A stretch of 64,000 bases of DNA from the human T2T-CHM13v2.0 reference genome, Homo sapiens, in the NCBI RefSeq assembly GCF_009914755.1, contig NC_060929.1, one strand, 5' to 3'. Each line of letters opens with the position of its first letter. Positions within the stretch are counted from its first letter, which is position 1. The notes beneath the pieces were generated by a model that saw only the letters and a program-made list of their open reading frames with translations, searched no databases and was not told the DNA's origin. Of the stretch, positions 42,901 to 57,690 are shown piece after piece. Made by a program: the position numbers and the translations under genes.

Positions 42901-44527
42901 ATTGAGAGTTTTTAGCATGAAGTGCTGTTGAATTTTGTTGAAGGCCTTTTCTGCATCTATTGAGATAATCATGTGGTTTTTGTCATTGGATCTCCTTATA
43001 TGATGGATTACATTTATTGATTTGCGTATGTTGCACCAGGCTTGCATCCCAGGGATGAAGCCGACTTGTTCATGGTGGATAAGCTTTTTGATGTGCTGCT
43101 GGATTCGGTTTGCCAGTATTTTATTGAGGATTTTCACATAGATGTTCATCAGGGATATTGGACTAAAATTCTCTTTTTTTAAATGTCTCTGCCAGGCTTT
43201 GGCATCAGGAGGATGCCGGCCTCATAAAATGAGTTAGGCAGGATTCCCTCTTTTTCTATTGATCAAAATAGTTTCAGAAGGAATGGTTCCAGCTCTTCTT
43301 TGTATCTCTGGTAGAATTCGGCTGTGAATCTGTCTGGTCCTGGACTTTTTTTGATTGGTAGGCTATTAATTATTGCCTCAATTTCAGAACTTATTATTGG
43401 ACTATTCAGAGATTCAACTTCTTCCTGGTTTAGTCTTAGGAGGGTGTATGTGTCCAGGTTGTATCCATTTCTTCTAGATTTTCTAGTTTACTTGCTTATA
43501 GTATTTTCTGATGGTAGTTTGTATTTCTGTGGGATCAGTGGTGATATCCCCTTTATCATTTTTTATTGCATTAATTTGATTCTTCTCTCTTTCCTTCTTT
43601 ATTAGTCTTGCTAGCAGTCTATCAATTTTGTGGATCTTTTCAAAAACCAGCTCCTGGATTCATTGATTTTCAGAAGGGTTTTTTTTGTCTCTATTTCCTT
43701 CAGTTTTGCTCTGATCTTAGTTATTTCTTGTCTTCTGCTAGCTTTTGAATTTGTTTGCTCTTGTTTCTCTAGTTCTTTTAATTGTGATGTTAGGGTGTTG
43801 ATTTTAGATCTCTCCTGCTTTCTCTTGTGTGCATTTAGTGTTATAATTTCCGTCTGCACACTGCTTTAAATGAGTCACAGAGATTCTGATATGTTGTGTC
43901 TTTGTTCTCATTGGTTTCAAAGAACATCTTTATTTCTGCCTTCATTTTATTATTCACTCAGTAGTCATTTAGGAGCCTGTTGTTCAGTTTCTACGTAGTT
44001 ATATGGTTTTGAGTGAGTTTCTTAATCCTGAGTTCTAATTTAATTGCACTGTGGTCTGAGAGACAGTTTGCTGTGATTCCTGTTCTTTTGTATTTGCTGA
44101 GGAGTGTTTTGTTTCCAATTACGTGGTCAATTTTAGAATAAGTGCAATGTGGTGCTGAGAAGAATATATATTCTGTTGATTTGGGGTGGAGAGTTCTGTA
44201 GATGTCTATTAGGTCTACTTGGTCCAGAGCTGAGTTCAAGTCCTGGATATCCTTGTTAACCTTCTGTCTTGTTGATCTGTCTAAAATTGAGAGTGGGGTG
44301 TTAAAGTCTCCCATTATTACTGTGTGGGAGTCTAAGTCTCTTTGTAGGTCTCTAAGGACTTGCTGTATGAATCTGGGTGCTCCTGTATTGGTTGCATATA
44401 TATTTAGGATAGTTAGCTCTTCTTGTCGAATTGATCCCTTTACCATTATGTAATGGCCTTCTTTGTCTCTTTTGATCTTTGTTGGTTTAAAGTCTGTTTT
44501 ACCAGAGACCAGGATTGCTACCCCTGC

Positions 44528-44558
<31 letters not shown>

Positions 44559-44760
44559 TTCCATTTGCTTGGTAAATCTTCCTCCATCCCTTTATTTTGA
44601 GCGTATGTCTGTCTTTGCACGTGAGATGGGTCTCCTGAATATAGCACACTGATGGGTCTTGACTCTTTATCCATTTTACCAGTCTGTGTCTTTTAATTGT
44701 GACATTTAGTCCATTTACATTTAAGGTTAATATTGTTATGTGTGAATTTGATCTTGTTAT
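39930..44760 (-). pseudogene. Disrupted L1 ORF2 (endonuclease, reverse transcriptase, Cys-rich C-terminus)
   Basis: Endonuclease motifs GDFN, SKIDH, SDH; RT motifs [10 protein letters not shown] and FADD; CCHC knuckle CGRGC-x7-H-x4-C. Start codon reads ATA; frameshifts, stops and an LTR insertion. Confidence 0.95.
41342..42330 (-). mobile_element. MER11 (HERV-K11/HML-8) solo LTR
   Basis: Minus strand begins tgttgtgggcagtcagggagcccaaacagagggactggctgaag...aacataaattgtgaagatttcatggac. 989 bp, flanked by duplicated ccatg (41337-41341, 42331-42335). Confidence 0.95.
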
Positions 44761-44823
44761 TATGATGCTAGCTGGTTATTTCACCTGTTAATTGATGCAG
44801 TTTCTTCATAGCATTGATGGTCT

Positions 44824-45833
44824 TTACAATTTGGCATGTTTTTGCAGTGGCTGGTACCAGTTGTTCCTTTCCATGTTTAGTACGTCCTTCAGGAGACCTT
44901 GTAAGGCAGGCCTGGTGGTGACAAAATCTCTCCGCATTTTCTTGTCTGTAAAGGATTTTATTACTCCTTCCCTTATGAAGCTAGTTTGGCAGGATATGAT
45001 ATTCTGGGTTGAAAATTGTTTTCTTTAAGAATGTTGAATATTGGCCCCCCTCTCTTCTGGATTTTGGGTTTCTCCTGAGACATCTGCTGTCAGTCTGTTG
45101 GGCTTCGCTTTGTGGGTAACCCAACCTTTCTCTCTGGCTGCCCTTAACATTTTTTCCTTCATTTCAACCTTGGCGAATCTGACAATTATATATCTTGGGG
45201 TTGCTCTCCTTGAGGAGTATCTTTGTGGTGGTCTCTGTATTTCTTGAAGTCGAATGTTGGCCTGCCTTGCTAAGTTGGAGAAGTTCTCCTGTATAATATC
45301 CTGAACAGTGTTTACTAACTTGGTTCCATTCTCCCCGTCACTTTCAGGTACACCAATCAAACATAGATTTGGTCTTTTCACTTTGGAGGCTTTGTTTGTT
45401 TCTTTTCACTCTTTTTTTCTATAATCTTGTCTTCTCACTTTATTTCATTAATTTGATCTTCAATCACTGATATCCTTTCTTCCGCTTGATCGAATTGGCT
45501 ATTGAAGCTTGTATGTGCTTCACAAAGTTCTTGTACTGTGTTTTTCAGCTTCATCAGGTCATTTAAGCTCTTCTCTACGCTGGTTATTCTAGTTAGCCAT
45601 TCATCTAAGCTTTTATCAAGGTTTTTAGCTTCCTTGCTGTGGATTAGAACATGCTCCTTTAGCTCGGAGAAGTTTGTTATTACCGACCTTCTGTAGGCTA
45701 CTTCTGTCAACTTGTCAAACTCATTCACCATCTAGTTTTGTTCCCTTGCTGGTGAAGAGTTGTATTCCTTTGGAGGAGAAGAGGCATTCTGGTTTTTGGC
45801 ATTTTCAGCCTTTCTGCTCTGGTTTCTCCCCGT
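44824..45833 (-). pseudogene. Disrupted L1 ORF1
   Basis: Coiled-coil piece (45435..45731) and RRM piece (KRPNLCLIGVPE...QENF...EKMLRAAREK). Start codon reads ACG; about 14 bp deletion near 45382. Confidence 0.93.
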
Positions 45834-47379
45834 CTTTATGGTTTTATCTACCTTTGGTCTTTGATGTTGGTGACCTATGGATGGTGTTTTTGTGTGGATG
45901 TCCTTTTTGTTGATGTTGATGCTATTCCTTTCTGTTTGTTAGTTTTCTTTCTAACAGGCCTTTCAGCTGCAGGTCTGTTGGAGTTTGCTGGAGGTCCACT
46001 CCAGACCCTGTTTGCCTGAGTATCACCAGTGGAGGCTGCAGAACAGCAAATATTGCTGCCTGATCCTTCATCTGGAAGCTCAGTCCCAGAGGGGCACCTG
46101 CCTGTATGAGGTGTCTGTTGGCCCCTACTGGGAGGTGTCTCCCAGTCAGGCTGCATGGGGGTCAGGGACCCACTTGAGGAGGCAGTCTATCTGTTATCAG
46201 AGCTTGAATGCCGTGCTGGGAGAACCACTGCTCTCTTCAGAGCTGTCAGGTGGGGACGTTTAAGTCTGGAGAAGCTGTCTGCTGCCTTTTGTTCAGATAT
46301 GCCCTGCCCCAAGAGGTGGAAACTAGACAGGCAGTAGGCCTTGCTGAGCTGTGGTGGGCCCCACCCAGTTTGAGCTTCCCTGCCCCTCTGTTTATGCTGT
46401 GAGTATAGAACTGCCTACTCAAGCCTGAGCAATGGTGTATGCCCCTCCCCACACCACACTCCAGCATCCCAGGTCGATCTCAGACTGCTGCTTTAGCAGC
46501 AAGCAAGGCTCCATGGGCATGGGACCTGCTTAGCCAGGCACGAGAGGGGTTCTCCTGGTCTGCCAGTTGCTAGGACTGTGGGAAAAGCTCAGTATTTGGG
46601 CAGAGTGTACAGTTTCTCCAGGTACAGTCACTCACGGCTTTCCTTGGCTAGGAAAGGGAAATCCCGTGACCCCTTGCACTTCCCAGGTGAGGCAATGCCC
46701 TGCCCTTCTTTGGCTCTCCCTCCGTGGGCTGCACCCACTGTCCAACCAGTCCCAATGAGATGAACCAGTTACCTCAGCTGGAAATGCAGAAATCACCAGT
46801 CTTCTGCATTGATCTTGCTGGGAGCTGTACACCAGAGCTGTTCCTATTTGGCTATCTTGGAAGTGACCTCCGACTATCTCACAAGAATTACTTTCTATTC
46901 CACCTATGGGTAAAGAAAAATCAAGATCACATGTGGATAAGGATATAGAATAATTTGTTCTCTCATTTGTTAGCTAATGTGATTCAAATTCTCGATTCAG
47001 CAAATCGTTACATTCCATAAACCTTCACAGTCATTCAGTAGTGACAATTACTTTCAGGTTCATGAAACTTATGATGTAGCTATTTACTATGAATACTGGC
47101 AGAATGCTTCATTAGTGGTTTTTTGGCAGGAGTAGGAGAGTAACAGAAACAAACTGATGCTAATGTTACATGACAAAATTTAACTTTTGACAATTGCACC
47201 GAGATGTAATAGATGCTACACATAAAAGGTGCTATATTGAAATTTTTAAAAAAGTAAAATTAGTTTTTAGACACTTGGACCACACTCAGGGACCATGACC
47301 CATATCAATTGTATAAAAGGCTTAAGAGAAGAAAAAAGAAAAGAATTTTTAAACTGTTGTCCTGATTCCTGCTTCTCCT

Positions 47380-48250
47380 TGAGAAAGAGAAGATAAGGGT
47401 GGTGCTACCTCGATAGGACAACTCAGAAAACATGAGATGTATCTGCTGGACTAGGTGAGAGGCTGTTGCTATCAGCAGGTGGCAGTGGGGCAGAGAAAAA
47501 TCACAGGACTGTTCTAGATGTACCCTCATACTTAGGGACAGTTGTGAAAAAAAGCATGCTTCTGTGCACCAAGGGTGGGCCTCACAGAGAAAACAGACCT
47601 GGCAGGGCCATTTATAATTCTGTCCAAGAGAACCCCTTGGAGAACTTGAGTGTTCCAAGGAGGAGTTTTATGAGGCATGGTTTACCGTATTATAGAAATT
47701 GTAGCCAGAGGGACTTAGCATGAGGTGGAAGGGATTTCTCTGGAAAGTTCACAAAGTTTCTGATGAAGCATCTGAACATCTGTCACTTAGAGGGGCCCAT
47801 TGAAGATGAAACCTGTATCAACCATGTGAGACTGCCCTTGACCCTAAGCCCTGCTCCTTTCCTGGATTCAACCCTGGGGAGGTCAGAAGCTGCAGTTAGC
47901 AGAGGGGGAGACATGCTAAGAAGAGAAAGAAAGTTGACGAAGCCCTTTTGTTTCTCCCCCTTTGCATTTGTGAGCAACAAACCTTCAGTAGTAGCCTGAG
48001 AGAGGAAAGTTGCATTTGGACTATTATCTTGGGCTGGACAATTTTAATTAGATACAAGATGGCCTTTAGATTTTGGTGACTGGAGGTTATTTTAGACTTT
48101 AAATGAGAACAGAAAGCTTACAGGGCTTACTAGAGAAAGAATTTTATCTGAGGGCAAGAGACAAAATTTTCCTTTACTGAATACATTTTAGAAGCATACT
48201 AGGAGGCAAAAAAAAAATATGTTTTGATTATATCCCACAGGCCATGGTAG
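47380..48250. mobile_element. Possible ancient LTR relic (Gypsy/ERVL-like)
   Basis: Purine-rich composition and motifs such as gttgcatttggact...ctggacaattttaatt; family not confidently assigned. Confidence 0.3.
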
Positions 48251-49029
48251 GTCAATTTTTCTGTTATTATAGTTTAGATTAAAAGGGGAATATACAAATG
48301 GTTTCTTATTGGAACTCAATGTCAGGAAACGTAGATGTGTCTTACACAGGAAGATTACCAAAAATTGGAAAGCTATTAATACATCATTTACTTTCTCTCA
48401 AATCATTTTTTATCTCTCTGCATCTCTGTTTTACCCTCCTTTCTCTGCAGATCAGCTTTCTCTGCTGTTCCATGTGATCACTACAGATAGATATATAGGT
48501 CATTTCAGTTCAGGTACCAAAGAAATTGATGAGTGTCTCCAAGTCCCATTCTAAATTTCTGTTAGGAGAGAATCTTCTGGGTCCATCTGGACTTATATGT
48601 GTACACCTTGTGGGTACAAGGGTGTGTGATTCCAACATGACTGTAGGCATCTACTATTGTGAGTGAGCAACAGGTTCTCTGAAAATGGGGCAGTTGCTGG
48701 TCAGAAATTCCACCTTTGTTTACTGCAAAAACATAATAATAAAAAGTCCACAGGAAGAATTCTGAGAGTTCAGATGTTGGCACTTTATTGGGATGTGAGT
48801 GTATTGGGTTTTGCAGATTAAAATATCTTAAGCAATATCAGTGGTTGATATACATATGATATTTTGCTTATGTATTATATATTATTTTCTGCTAATTAAA
48901 CATCTTAATAAAATTTCCTGGGAAGTGTGCATATTTCACATATGTCTTGGATTTCTGGGAAAGGAGAACACACCAACCAGTAATTATCTGAGAAAATTCA
49001 CACGTATGTGCTTGAATTGATGCATACCC

Positions 49030-49290
49030 TTTTTTTTGTTGTTGTTTGTTATAATGACATGGTCTTGCTCTGTCACATGGACTGAGTGTAGTACTGTGAC
49101 CATAGCTCACTATAGCCATAAATTCCTGGGCTTAAGACATCCTCCTGCCTCAGCATATTTTAAACAAATTTTGGTAGAGATAGGGTCTTGGGATGTTGCT
49201 GAGGCTGGTCTTGAACTCCTGGGCTTAAGCAATCCTGCTGCCTTGGCTCCCAAAGCTCTGTGATTACAAGTGTGAGCCACCGCACTTGCT
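49030..49290 (-). mobile_element. AluJ, diverged, with internal deletion
   Basis: ggtcttgctctgtcac...catagctcact...ctcctgggcttaagcaatcct...gtgagccaccgcac. Confidence 0.9.
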
Positions 49291-49442
49291 GTTGAGAATA
49301 ATCTTGGTCAATTTGACCATCTTACTACATTTTGTGAATGTAATCTTCTGCTCCTAGTTGTAAATATTTTAAGCTGAGGAGAGTTAGATTTGAGATTTCA
49401 GGAGGGCCAACATGGCTAGGGTTCTCATGGAAAAGTACTGAA

Positions 49443-49522
49443 AGGAGAGAGCTACAGAGAGATAGAGAGAGAGCTACCAAGAGAGAAAGAGAGAGACAGA
49501 GAGAGAGAGAGAGAGAAGAGGG

Positions 49523-49554
<32 letters not shown>
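49443..49554. repeat. (GA)n-rich purine tract
   Basis: Read directly; explains the SLSL ORF 49325..49567. Confidence 0.92.
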
Positions 49555-49559
49555 TCGAT

Positions 49560-49912
49560 CTAGACATCTGACAGAGTTCCCAGAGTTGGCTGACTACTCA
49601 AGGTTGGGAAAAGAATCACCCAAAAAGAGCAATCAGAACAATTTCCTGAGCACACACAGGGAAAGATGTTGTTGATATTCTCACCAGACAGATGGGGGTG
49701 GGGTAGGGTGCTCAGAAGGGTATTTGTTGCCTCATTAGTAAGGCAAAATTTGCTCTAGATGAAGACTGCTTTGGTTTCTCCTAACAAAGCTTAGAAAAAA
49801 TCCTTACAAAGATCAAACTATTTCAAAGTAACATAATTGTTTCTCAGAATAGAGATTAGGATTATTTTTAAATGCAAGAATAGCCAGTTCCCAATAAGTT
49901 AAAATCCACAAC
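49560..49912 (+). mobile_element. Old L1M 5'-region relic
   Basis: aaagcttagaaaaaatccttacaaagatcaaactatttcaaagtaac...aagttaaaatccaca. Confidence 0.5.
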
Positions 49913-50227
49913 TCCATTTTGCCACTCATTGTGTTGCATCCCCCTTGCTTCTAAAGTATTGCATTCTAACCTTTATTATTTCAGGATTGCAAAATCTCTA
50001 CTGCTAGACCAAACTGTACAGCATCTCCAACAATTATCTATGTCTTAGAAAAAACAGCCATCAATACATTTCTCACTGTTTCTGGCACTTCTTTCACAAA
50101 CACATTCCTCATTGCTTCAGTAAACACAGAGTTGTCTCATAAGCCCATCTCTGAAAAACAGTAGAGTAGTGGTTTTTGTTTGTTTGTTTGTTTTAAATTT
50201 TGCCTTACCTTACAATGTTGGCCCTAG

Positions 50228-50539
<312 letters not shown>

Positions 50540-51603
50540 GTGCCTTTCTACTGTCTCAGCTTTTCTGACATTTCTGGTTTTCTTAGTGTAGATAATTTCT
50601 TTTTCCGGGCTTCCAAAAGCCATGCTAGCAGTGTGTTAGCACCCATCTTCCAGGGTTCTTGCCAAATTATTAATTCCTGTGTCACTGGACAGTGCCCCCT
50701 TATTGATAAAAGCTCCCTTACCCAAGTTTATGTGCTATACTCCTGATCTAGTGCCCTAGGGATCTTGTCCTGCACACGCTCCTCTGGTTCTTGCTGAATC
50801 TTGGTCCCCGGGCCCTGCAGCTCCTCCTGTGTTTCTCTTCTCTTAGCAAGCCCAGTGCATCCTTGGCTGGGTTATGCTGTAATTTGACCCTATTTATTAG
50901 TCTTGTGGCCAGAAATGGAGGTGGGGTAGAATCTGAGAAGGGCATGTGTTCTTTTTCAAGGCCTTGCAGCATCTTCAAGTAAGGGCAGAATACCAAGCTT
51001 TATGGGAGGAGAGTGAACCACTTGTGCAGAGCTACAGCGTTGAGTAGGATCTGAGGGTTCAAGACTCTTGAGTATCTCAACCTACATGTCCCCATTCTGA
51101 GTCTTGGGGTCTCACTTTGGTGGCATAACAGCTGGGGTAGAGAATTCAACTTCTTTTCTCTGGACCTCTGGTTTTCTTATACATTTAGAGTGGAGTCTGA
51201 TCTTAAGCTACTTCTGCTATCTGGCTGTAGTAGATGAGAATCTCTTTATATGCCTCCAAGGAGGCCCTTGGTCTTTTATACTTTTCCTTAAATTTGAGAT
51301 TAATACCCCTCAGAGTGCCATTAAATTCCTGCAATGCATCAGTGGTAGCCAGCAACAGCTATCTGATTCTATAGTTCTTATAACTACTTTTTCCCCTAAG
51401 CCTTTCAAATATCTAAGATACTGAACCTCCTAGTGTTTTCTGACACACTGAAGTCTTCTCTCAATTTACCACAGGTAAAAGTTTTATTAATTTCACCACT
51501 ATCGCATGCCAGGAATGATCAGTCTTACAGTTATCACCAGCAAAGGGATTCTTATTATCAGCTCTCCAAAATTCCGTTCTATAATTTGCTGCCTGGGACC
51601 ATA

Positions 51604-52010
51604 TGTAGTACCAGCTATCTGAAGTTGGATTCCCCGGGAAATTACCTGAGTTGGAGATGGGAGGATATTGGGCAACACTTTTGGATGCAACAGTTAGAAT
51701 GGAGGCAGGGAAGCAGAACTGGGCTGAGGGAGGAGTTGACCTCTATTACAGTTGCAGCAAACTTCAGTGGAATCCTTAGGATACTTTGCAACTAGGATGG
51801 TCTTTCAGCATTGTTCAAAATTGAGGCAAGAGGGCCCAGCCTCTGTATCTCTAAAGTGATCAGCAGATGGAGGCTGTTTCTTGGAAATAAGTTGCCAGTC
51901 AGATTTCTTCAGGTAATTCATTGAGAGGGACTCAGCTGTGAGCCATTCAGAACACCAGCTGTGAGAATAAAGACTTCGGTCTTATCTGATCAGGGCAATA
52001 CAGGAACCCC
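51604..52010. mobile_element. LTR16A-like ERVL LTR
   Basis: gggaagcagaactgggctgagggaggagttga...ggatggtctttcagcattgttcaaaattgaggcaagaggggcc. Confidence 0.65.
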
Positions 52011-52119
52011 TATAAAATGATACATACTAATGCAGTTTATGGTCAATTGTACCCCCTATTAGTTTCATTTCCCATAAAGAACAAATCAAATGTGGAATTA
52101 CTGAGTAATATGCCTTGAA

Positions 52120-52268
52120 AGAAGCTTAACATCACATCAAGTTCAATACTCTTGGTTTTTAGATAAAAACCCAGAGGTGCCATTAAGTTCTTTGCTCAGG
52201 GGCACAGTGTATGCTGATGTTGGGTCTGGAAGTCAGGTTTTCTGCCTGCAGCCTGGTGCTCTTTCACT
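52120..52268 (-). mobile_element. MIR fragment next to the L1PA2 insertion
   Basis: tttttagataaaaacccagagg...ttgctcaggggcacag...caggttttctgcct...gctctttcac. Confidence 0.55.
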
Positions 52269-52281
52269 TTTAGATTCTTTT

Positions 52282-52880
52282 TTTTTTATTATTATACTTT
52301 AAGTTTTAGGGTACATGTGCACATTGTGCAGGTTAGTTACATATGTATACATGTGCCATGCTGGTGGGCTGCACCCACTAACTCGTCATCTAGCATTAGG
52401 TATATCTCCTGATGCTATCCCTCCCCCCTCCCCCGCCCACAACAGTCCCCAGAGTGTGATATTCCCCTTCCTGTGTCCATGTGATCTCATTGTTCAATTC
52501 CCACCTATGAGTGAGAATATACGGTGTTTGGTTTTTTGTTCTTGCGATAGTTTACTGAGAATGATGATTTCCAATTTCATCCATGTCCCTACAAAGGACA
52601 TGAACTCATCCTTTTTTATGGCTGCATAGTATTCCATGGTGTATATGTGCCACATTTTCTTAATCCAGTCTATCATTGTTGGACACAACAGGTGCTGGAG
52701 AGGATGTGGAGAAATAGGAACACTTTTACGCTGTTGGTGGGACTGTAAACTAGTTCAACCATTGTGGAAGTCAGTGTGGCGATTCCTCAGGGATCTAGAA
52801 CTGGAAATACCATTTGACCCAGCCATCCCATTACTGAGTATATACCCAAAGGACTATAAATCATGCTGCTATAAAGACAC
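52282..52880 (-). mobile_element. L1PA2 3' insertion with 5' inversion (twin priming)
   Basis: Minus-strand 3' end 52282-52685 joined to a plus-strand ORF2 piece 52686-52880. Perfect 17 bp TSD cacttttagattctttt (52265-52281, 52878-52894) and TT/AAAA site. Confidence 0.97.
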
Positions 52881-54453
52881 TTTTAGATTCTTTTAAGTGC
52901 TAGAGAACTATAATATTAACTGCTTTACACGTTTGAAACTATTAAAATGTAGTGCCCACTGTAACATGCTATGGTGTCAACCTCTTCTCTATAGTTTACC
53001 CCCAAGGACTATTTATTCTTTCTCCCTCATTTTCTAGAGTCATTTTACCTTTTGTAGGACCAAGATATTAAATATTAAATAGATTGAGGTTTTAAGCTCC
53101 AGCAGGAGATTGATGTTTATATATATTGTACTTTTTTGCTGAAAATTTTTGGCGCAAAGTTGCTTTTTTATTGCCTGAGTTTAAAAACAAAAAGTAACTA
53201 GATAAAAGTGAAGGATCAACAGCAAATTGCACAGGTTCTCTTCCTTTGACGGTGATTCTTTCTTGGACTGTCACAAGGTTGGACATTAGGCAAATTCCAG
53301 TTAAAGCTTGCTCCTCCCAGAGAGTACACTTGTTTCACCTAAGAGGCTGTTTTAAATCTACCTGCTATCAACAGAGGGGATTTTTTTCATGAGCTGGGAA
53401 AGGCTTCAGATCCTTGACCTCACTGCCTGTTATTTCTCTTATTAGTTTAGTCTTTCCTGAAAGAAAGAACTCCCTCTGAAATGCAATTTCTGGTTTTTGG
53501 CTGAAATGGTTCCAATTTAACAGTTTTCAATTTGACAGTTCAGTTCAGTAATCCTTTACTAAGCATTTATAATGTATGAGGTATTGGACTACATCTAGCC
53601 AAAGATTTAAAGAAATAATTACACTATCAAGTAATGTGTGTTACAAAGGTGTGCACAGGAGCTGTAGGTTCACAGAGGAAGTTCAGGAATAACTTTTCTG
53701 TAACTGAGGCATTAGACAAAAAGCCGTACTATTGCCCTCAGAAGGCTGCAGTTAACACATGCATGGAGTGGTCATCTAGTTCCCCTAATTAGCATACTAA
53801 GCAGGAATGATTTACAAGGCTAGCTAGCAAATACTTTGGACCATGAAGTAGAGGAATAGAGAAGGTGAATTTCTGTGCAATGCTGTGGGAATCAGGGAGC
53901 AGAGGGTTGAGTAAAGCAGGTACATGGCAGAGATAAGCTTTTGTTGGTGAGGAGAAACAAATTGAATAAATAAATACGACCATCTGCTTTAGATGACAAT
54001 CCATCTGAGCTGCGGGAATAGTCTAAAAGTGAGGAGAGAGTCCTGGAATGAAGGATAAACTTGCCCATGTTGCTTTTTTTTTATCTGAGGCAAGCCCTGC
54101 TTAGTTTAATTTGACAATTTCCTGGCACGTATGTTATGTAACATTACCTAAATCACCTTTGGAGTTTGGAGAAAATGTTAATGTCTTGTTAAAATTATAA
54201 TTATTGTGTGTTTAGCATGCCTTTCTATAGAGACTGCTTTTAATTAGGATGGTGTTCCAGTTTGTCAAACAGACATTTAAAATATCCTGCTATTACAATA
54301 TTTACATTTCTGTTTGAAATGGTATCAAATGTCAACTTCATTTCCCAGGAAATCAGAAAATTTAAAATTTTTATTTTAAAATGGAATAGTATTTTAGAAC
54401 ACGTTATCCATCGTAAACTGTAGATGGAGTTCTGTTTGCTTTTGTCAGAGTAG

Positions 54454-54625
54454 GTAATTTCCTTTCTTTGGGGGAATGTAGGGGTGAGGAAAAGGGAGAA
54501 AGAGAGAGAGGCAGGAGATAGCTCTGTGTCTCTCACAATGTAATTTCCTTTCTTTGGGGGAATGTGGGGGTGAGAAAAAGGGAGAAGGAGATAGAGGAAG
54601 GAAATAGCTCTGAGTCTCTCACCAT
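54454..54625. repeat. Tandem duplication, 2 x 86 bp
   Basis: Units 54454-54539 and 54540-54625; 8 substitutions and no indels by manual alignment. Confidence 0.95.
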
Positions 54626-54669
54626 GTATCTGCTCCTTGCTTTCCACACTCAGCTTCATTATTTTTTAC

Positions 54670-57110
<2,441 letters not shown>

Positions 57111-57139
57111 CATCTCCTTATTCCCTCCAATCTGTTCCC

Positions 57140-57430
57140 ACCCATCTTTAGGCCACTGCTCAATGTCACATTATCCCTGACTACTCCTAAGGGGAAGAGC
57201 AACCGTATTGCCTTGTTTCTCTTTGTCATACTCAAATAACTTGCTTTCTTTTCCTTAATACTACTTCTCACTCCATGTTGTAATTATGTATATTTTATTA
57301 TCTGTCTTCTTCACCTAGAATAGGAATTCCATGACAGTACTTTGTTTCATTCACTGCTCTATCCCAAGCACTTAGAATAGTTCCTTGCCTGCTAGGCACT
57401 CAAAACATGTTTGTTGTGTGAATTGCATGG
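57140..57430 (+). mobile_element. L2 3' end
   Basis: ttcactgctctatcccaagcacttagaatagttcct...taggcactcaaaacatgtttgttg. Confidence 0.75.
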
Positions 57431-57690
57431 ATAACATTTTTATTTATACAGATGGGAACCACCCTATACAGACTGTTGCAAAGCTTACCTTTTTTACACA
57501 ATACCTCCTGGTGATCATTCCATGTATGTTGCTCCTTAATTTTTAAATGGCTGTATAATATTCCATGGTAGGGCCATACATTATTTAACCTGTCCTCTAT
57601 TGAATGGTATCTAGGTTATTTTCAGTCTTTTGCTACTACAGACAATGCTATAATCAATGTCCTTTTACATATAGTTATGTTCATTTTTAT
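57430..57690 (-). mobile_element. L1ME relic
   Basis: tttttaaatggctgtataatattccatgg...ttatttaacc...ctaggttattttcagtcttttgcta. Confidence 0.7.

Larger units (their letters stand above)
39686..46871 (-). mobile_element. Full-length L1PA6/L1PA7-like LINE-1, inactive, interrupted by a MER11 LTR
   Basis: 5' UTR begins ggaggtcacttccaagatagccaaataggaacagctc; ORF1, ORF2, 3' UTR and tail are all present. TSD tcacaaga(g/a)ttactttct at 39668-39685 and 46879-46896. Confidence 0.97.

Noticed and set aside
39686-46871. Retrotransposition-competent L1
   Set aside because: Both start codons are mutated, both ORFs are frameshifted or stopped, and an LTR interrupts ORF2.
51104-51795. Adjacent 106 aa and 120 aa ORFs as a gene
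   Set aside because: Non-ATG starts, no recognisable domain, and the second runs into an LTR16-like relic.
54240-54659. 139 aa ORF with an internal repeat as a novel protein
   Set aside because: The repeated peptide is the 86 bp duplication read in shifted frames; no coding-like features.
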